DNA of 32,000 nt, from positions 1,500,001 to 1,532,000 of the forward strand of contig NZ_CP047931.1 of NCBI RefSeq assembly GCF_014280175.1. The letters are read 5' to 3'. This DNA is from Synechococcus sp. A15-28. GTDB lineage: Bacteria; Cyanobacteriota; Cyanobacteriia; PCC-6307; Cyanobiaceae. Every line of letters starts with the position of its first letter. Within the stretch, counting starts at the first letter, position 1. Below the pieces are notes generated by a model. It was not told the DNA's origin, searched no databases, and saw only the letters and a list, made by a program, of their open reading frames with translations. The position numbers and the translations under genes are program-made. Below, one piece after another: positions 29,792 through 32,000 of the stretch.

Positions 29792-29815
29792 GTTCTGTTT
29801 GCAAACTGTGACACA

Positions 29816-30805
29816 TTAAGCGCTTTCGCCGGAATTCTGTGAATTTCCCTCAACAAATTGACCCATTGCACGGAATTTTCGATAACGGGCCTCCCTCAAA
29901 TCATGGTCCGAAAGCGCCAATAACGCGTTGAGATGCCGTTCCAGGGCTGCCCGCAGAGTCTGACCAGCCTCCAGAGGAGCCCAGTTGTTGCCACCGGACG
30001 GTTCCTCCAGAACCTCATCCACCACACCAAGCTCCAGCAGGTCGCCGCCGGTGATCCGAAGGGCCGCCGCCGCATCGGGGGCCTTGGCCGCATCACGCCA
30101 GAGGATTGATGCGCACGCTTCCGGACTGGCCACGGTGTAGACGCTGTGCTCGAACATCAGCAATCGGTCGGCCACTCCGATACCCAGGGCTCCACCGGAG
30201 CCGCCCTCGCCGATCACCGTGGCGATCACAGGGACCCGAAGCCGGAACATTTCGCGCAGATTCACAGCAATGGCTTCCCCTTGCCCCTGCTCTTCCGCCT
30301 GAAGCCCTGCGTAGGCCCCAGGGGTATCGATGAAGCTCAGGATCGGGAGCCGGAAGCGATCCGCATGTTCCATCAACCGCATGGCCTTGCGATACCCCCC
30401 AGGAGTGGCCATCCCGAAGTTGCGGGCGACGTTCTCCTTGGTGTCACGCCCTTTCTGATGGCCAATCAGCAGAACAGCCTGATCCCCAAGACGCCCGACT
30501 CCACCGACCAGGGCCTGATCATCGTTGCCCCGCCGATCACCATGCAATTCGATCCAGTCGTCGCAGAACATCTGGATGAAATCCAGGGTGCTGGGACGAT
30601 TCGGGTGGCGGGCCACCTGAATCTTCTGAGCCGGGGTCAGCCCCTGGAAGATCTCCTGACGACGGCGGGCGGCCAGGGACTCCAGCTGATGGAGCTGCTG
30701 ACTGACATCCACCTCGGAATCCCTGGCGAGCTGACGAATCTGTTCGATCTGCTGCTCCAGTTCAACCAGAGGCTTCTCGAATTCCAGTAGGGGACGGCGA
30801 GGCAT
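29816..30805 (-). CDS. accA: Acetyl-CoA carboxylase carboxyltransferase subunit alpha
   Basis: 329 aa. [22 protein letters not shown]..., [25 protein letters not shown] and [29 protein letters not shown]. Confidence 0.97.
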   Translation of the reverse strand: MPRRPLLEFEKPLVELEQQIEQIRQLARDSEVDVSQQLHQLESLAARRRQEIFQGLTPAQKIQVARHPNRPSTLDFIQMFCDDWIELHGDRRGNDDQALVGGVGRLGDQAVLLIGHQKGRDTKENVARNFGMATPGGYRKAMRLMEHADRFRLPILSFIDTPGAYAGLQAEEQGQGEAIAVNLREMFRLRVPVIATVIGEGGSGGALGIGVADRLLMFEHSVYTVASPEACASILWRDAAKAPDAAAALRITGGDLLELGVVDEVLEEPSGGNNWAPLEAGQTLRAALERHLNALLALSDHDLREARYRKFRAMGQFVEGNSQNSGESA

Positions 30806-30815
30806 GGCGATGGAA

Positions 30816-31856
30816 TCAGGCGGCAGCGGCCTGGGCAGAAGGGTTGAGGTTCAGCGTGGAAAAACCATGGCGCACCGAAGCAGCTCCGATGAAGTCCATT
30901 TTCTCGAGGGTGATGTTGTTTCTGCCCCAGCTGAAGTTCGTGTGACAGCGTTCGAATTCCAGCAGCATCGCCTCGGCGAAGCAGGCGAACATCTGTCGCT
31001 GGGGCTTCTCCATCTCGGCAATTTGCATCATGGTCCAGCCGATGTCCTTGCAGAACTCGACAATTCCGCCCTTGAGCACGTGAATGCCGCCACCGGCAAC
31101 CTTTGAGTCGAGGTTTTTCGGGTAACCCCCATCAATCATCAGACAGGGCTTGCGCAAGCTGTCCTGATCAATCTCCAGGGTGCGCGGCATGCTGGCGACC
31201 CACACCACCACGTCCGCCTCGGGCAATGCCTCATCAAGGCAGAGGATGCGACCACCGCCGATCTGGGCCTGAAGGTCCAGCAAGGGCTGTTGCTGACGGG
31301 CCACCAGCAGCAGTTCTCCGACACCGGTCCGCGCTGACAGCCAGCGGCAGACCGCACTGCCGATGTCGCCGGTGGCGCCCACCACGGCCACCTTGGCGGT
31401 TTTCAGATCGATGCCAAGGGTGGGTGCATTGTTCTCCACCTGACGGCAGATCACCCAGGCGGTGTGGGTGTTGCCGGTCGTGAAACGCTGCCACTCCAGG
31501 GTCGTGCTGCGCACCGTCTGGTGCTGCAGCAGGTTGAAATTCTCAAAAATGATCGAGGTGAAACCACCGAGGGCGGTGATATTGATCCCCTTCTTCTGTG
31601 CCAGCTCCATGGCATTGAGAACCTTCCGCCGAGCTGTTTTGAACCGACTCAGCATCTCCGGAACGAAGCAGGAATCGATGTAAGCACCCTTGATCGTGGT
31701 TCCTGTGGGGCTGGAGATCTCCACGTGTTCCACGAGCTGTGGCGGAGCACTGCACCACACATCGAGATCTCCATCCGCAATGTGATCGAAACCCAGTTCC
31801 ATCGCCTTGCGACGGGCTGCATCGAAGCTCGTTGAATGCCCGATCAGACCAAACAT
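30816..31856 (-). CDS. aar: Long-chain acyl-[acyl-carrier-protein] reductase (AAR, cyanobacterial alkane pathway)
   Basis: 346 aa. [47 protein letters not shown]..., [16 protein letters not shown] and [18 protein letters not shown]. Confidence 0.95.
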   Translation of the reverse strand: MFGLIGHSTSFDAARRKAMELGFDHIADGDLDVWCSAPPQLVEHVEISSPTGTTIKGAYIDSCFVPEMLSRFKTARRKVLNAMELAQKKGINITALGGFTSIIFENFNLLQHQTVRSTTLEWQRFTTGNTHTAWVICRQVENNAPTLGIDLKTAKVAVVGATGDIGSAVCRWLSARTGVGELLLVARQQQPLLDLQAQIGGGRILCLDEALPEADVVVWVASMPRTLEIDQDSLRKPCLMIDGGYPKNLDSKVAGGGIHVLKGGIVEFCKDIGWTMMQIAEMEKPQRQMFACFAEAMLLEFERCHTNFSWGRNNITLEKMDFIGAASVRHGFSTLNLNPSAQAAAA

Positions 31857-31963
31857 GCACCCGCTCTAAACACGCCGCTAAAGACGACCCGATCGCCCAT
31901 GCTCCCACGGCGACGTGGGAAGACGATCAAGGTCCTGTGAACAAACCGGCCAACGGTCTTGAC

Positions 31964-32000
31964 TCAGACCGAAAGGGCAGCAGCAGCCATCCGGGCAATG
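31964..32000 (-). CDS. 3' end of a probable aldehyde-deformylating oxygenase (ADO), truncated by the window edge
   Basis: Reverse-strand reading ...I-A-R-M-A-A-A-A-L-S-V-stop (TGA at 31966-31964). This matches the ADO C-terminal style, and the gene lies immediately upstream of aar on the same strand. Only about 12 codons are visible. Confidence 0.6.
   Translation of the reverse strand, partial: IARMAAAALSV

Noticed and set aside
29106-31835. Multiple plus-strand ORFs opposite the SDR, accA and aar genes (for example 30146..30790, 29141..29563, 31464..31835)
   Set aside because: Antisense shadows of three confidently assigned enzymes.

Overview
This 32 kb high-GC window looks like marine picocyanobacterial DNA (Synechococcus/Cyanobium-like, inferred from gene content). 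Its core is a compact CO2-concentrating island on the minus strand: csoS1 - cbbL - cbbS - csoS2 - csoSCA - csoS4A - csoS4B - csoS1E - ndhF4 - ndhD4 - chpX - acRAF - cbbX (about 16.5 kb down to 3.3 kb). csoS1D lies beyond an oppositely oriented rdgB. Flanking genes are cobQ, a 2Fe-2S ferredoxin, a ClC channel, the dark-operative protochlorophyllide reductase genes chlN-chlB-chlL next to a light-dependent POR, a psaM missed by the ORF track, a CRR6-like gene, a TSUP transporter, a lipoate ligase-like gene, an M50 protease, trpF, folE, an SDR, accA, AAR, and the 3' tip of a probable aldehyde-deformylating oxygenase gene. I see no wholly undescribed multi-gene system. The observations most worth following up are: strong stem-loops followed by T5 tracts in both the cbbL-cbbS and cbbS-csoS2 gaps; two adjacent dyads and a 15-bp direct repeat upstream of csoS1; a CsoS2-like VTGTE...C motif in the CsoS1D N-terminus; a CsoS2 middle repeat that lacks both cysteines; Pro/Ala-rich low-complexity segments on CsoS4A and CsoS1E; and convergent gene pairs that all abut or overlap.
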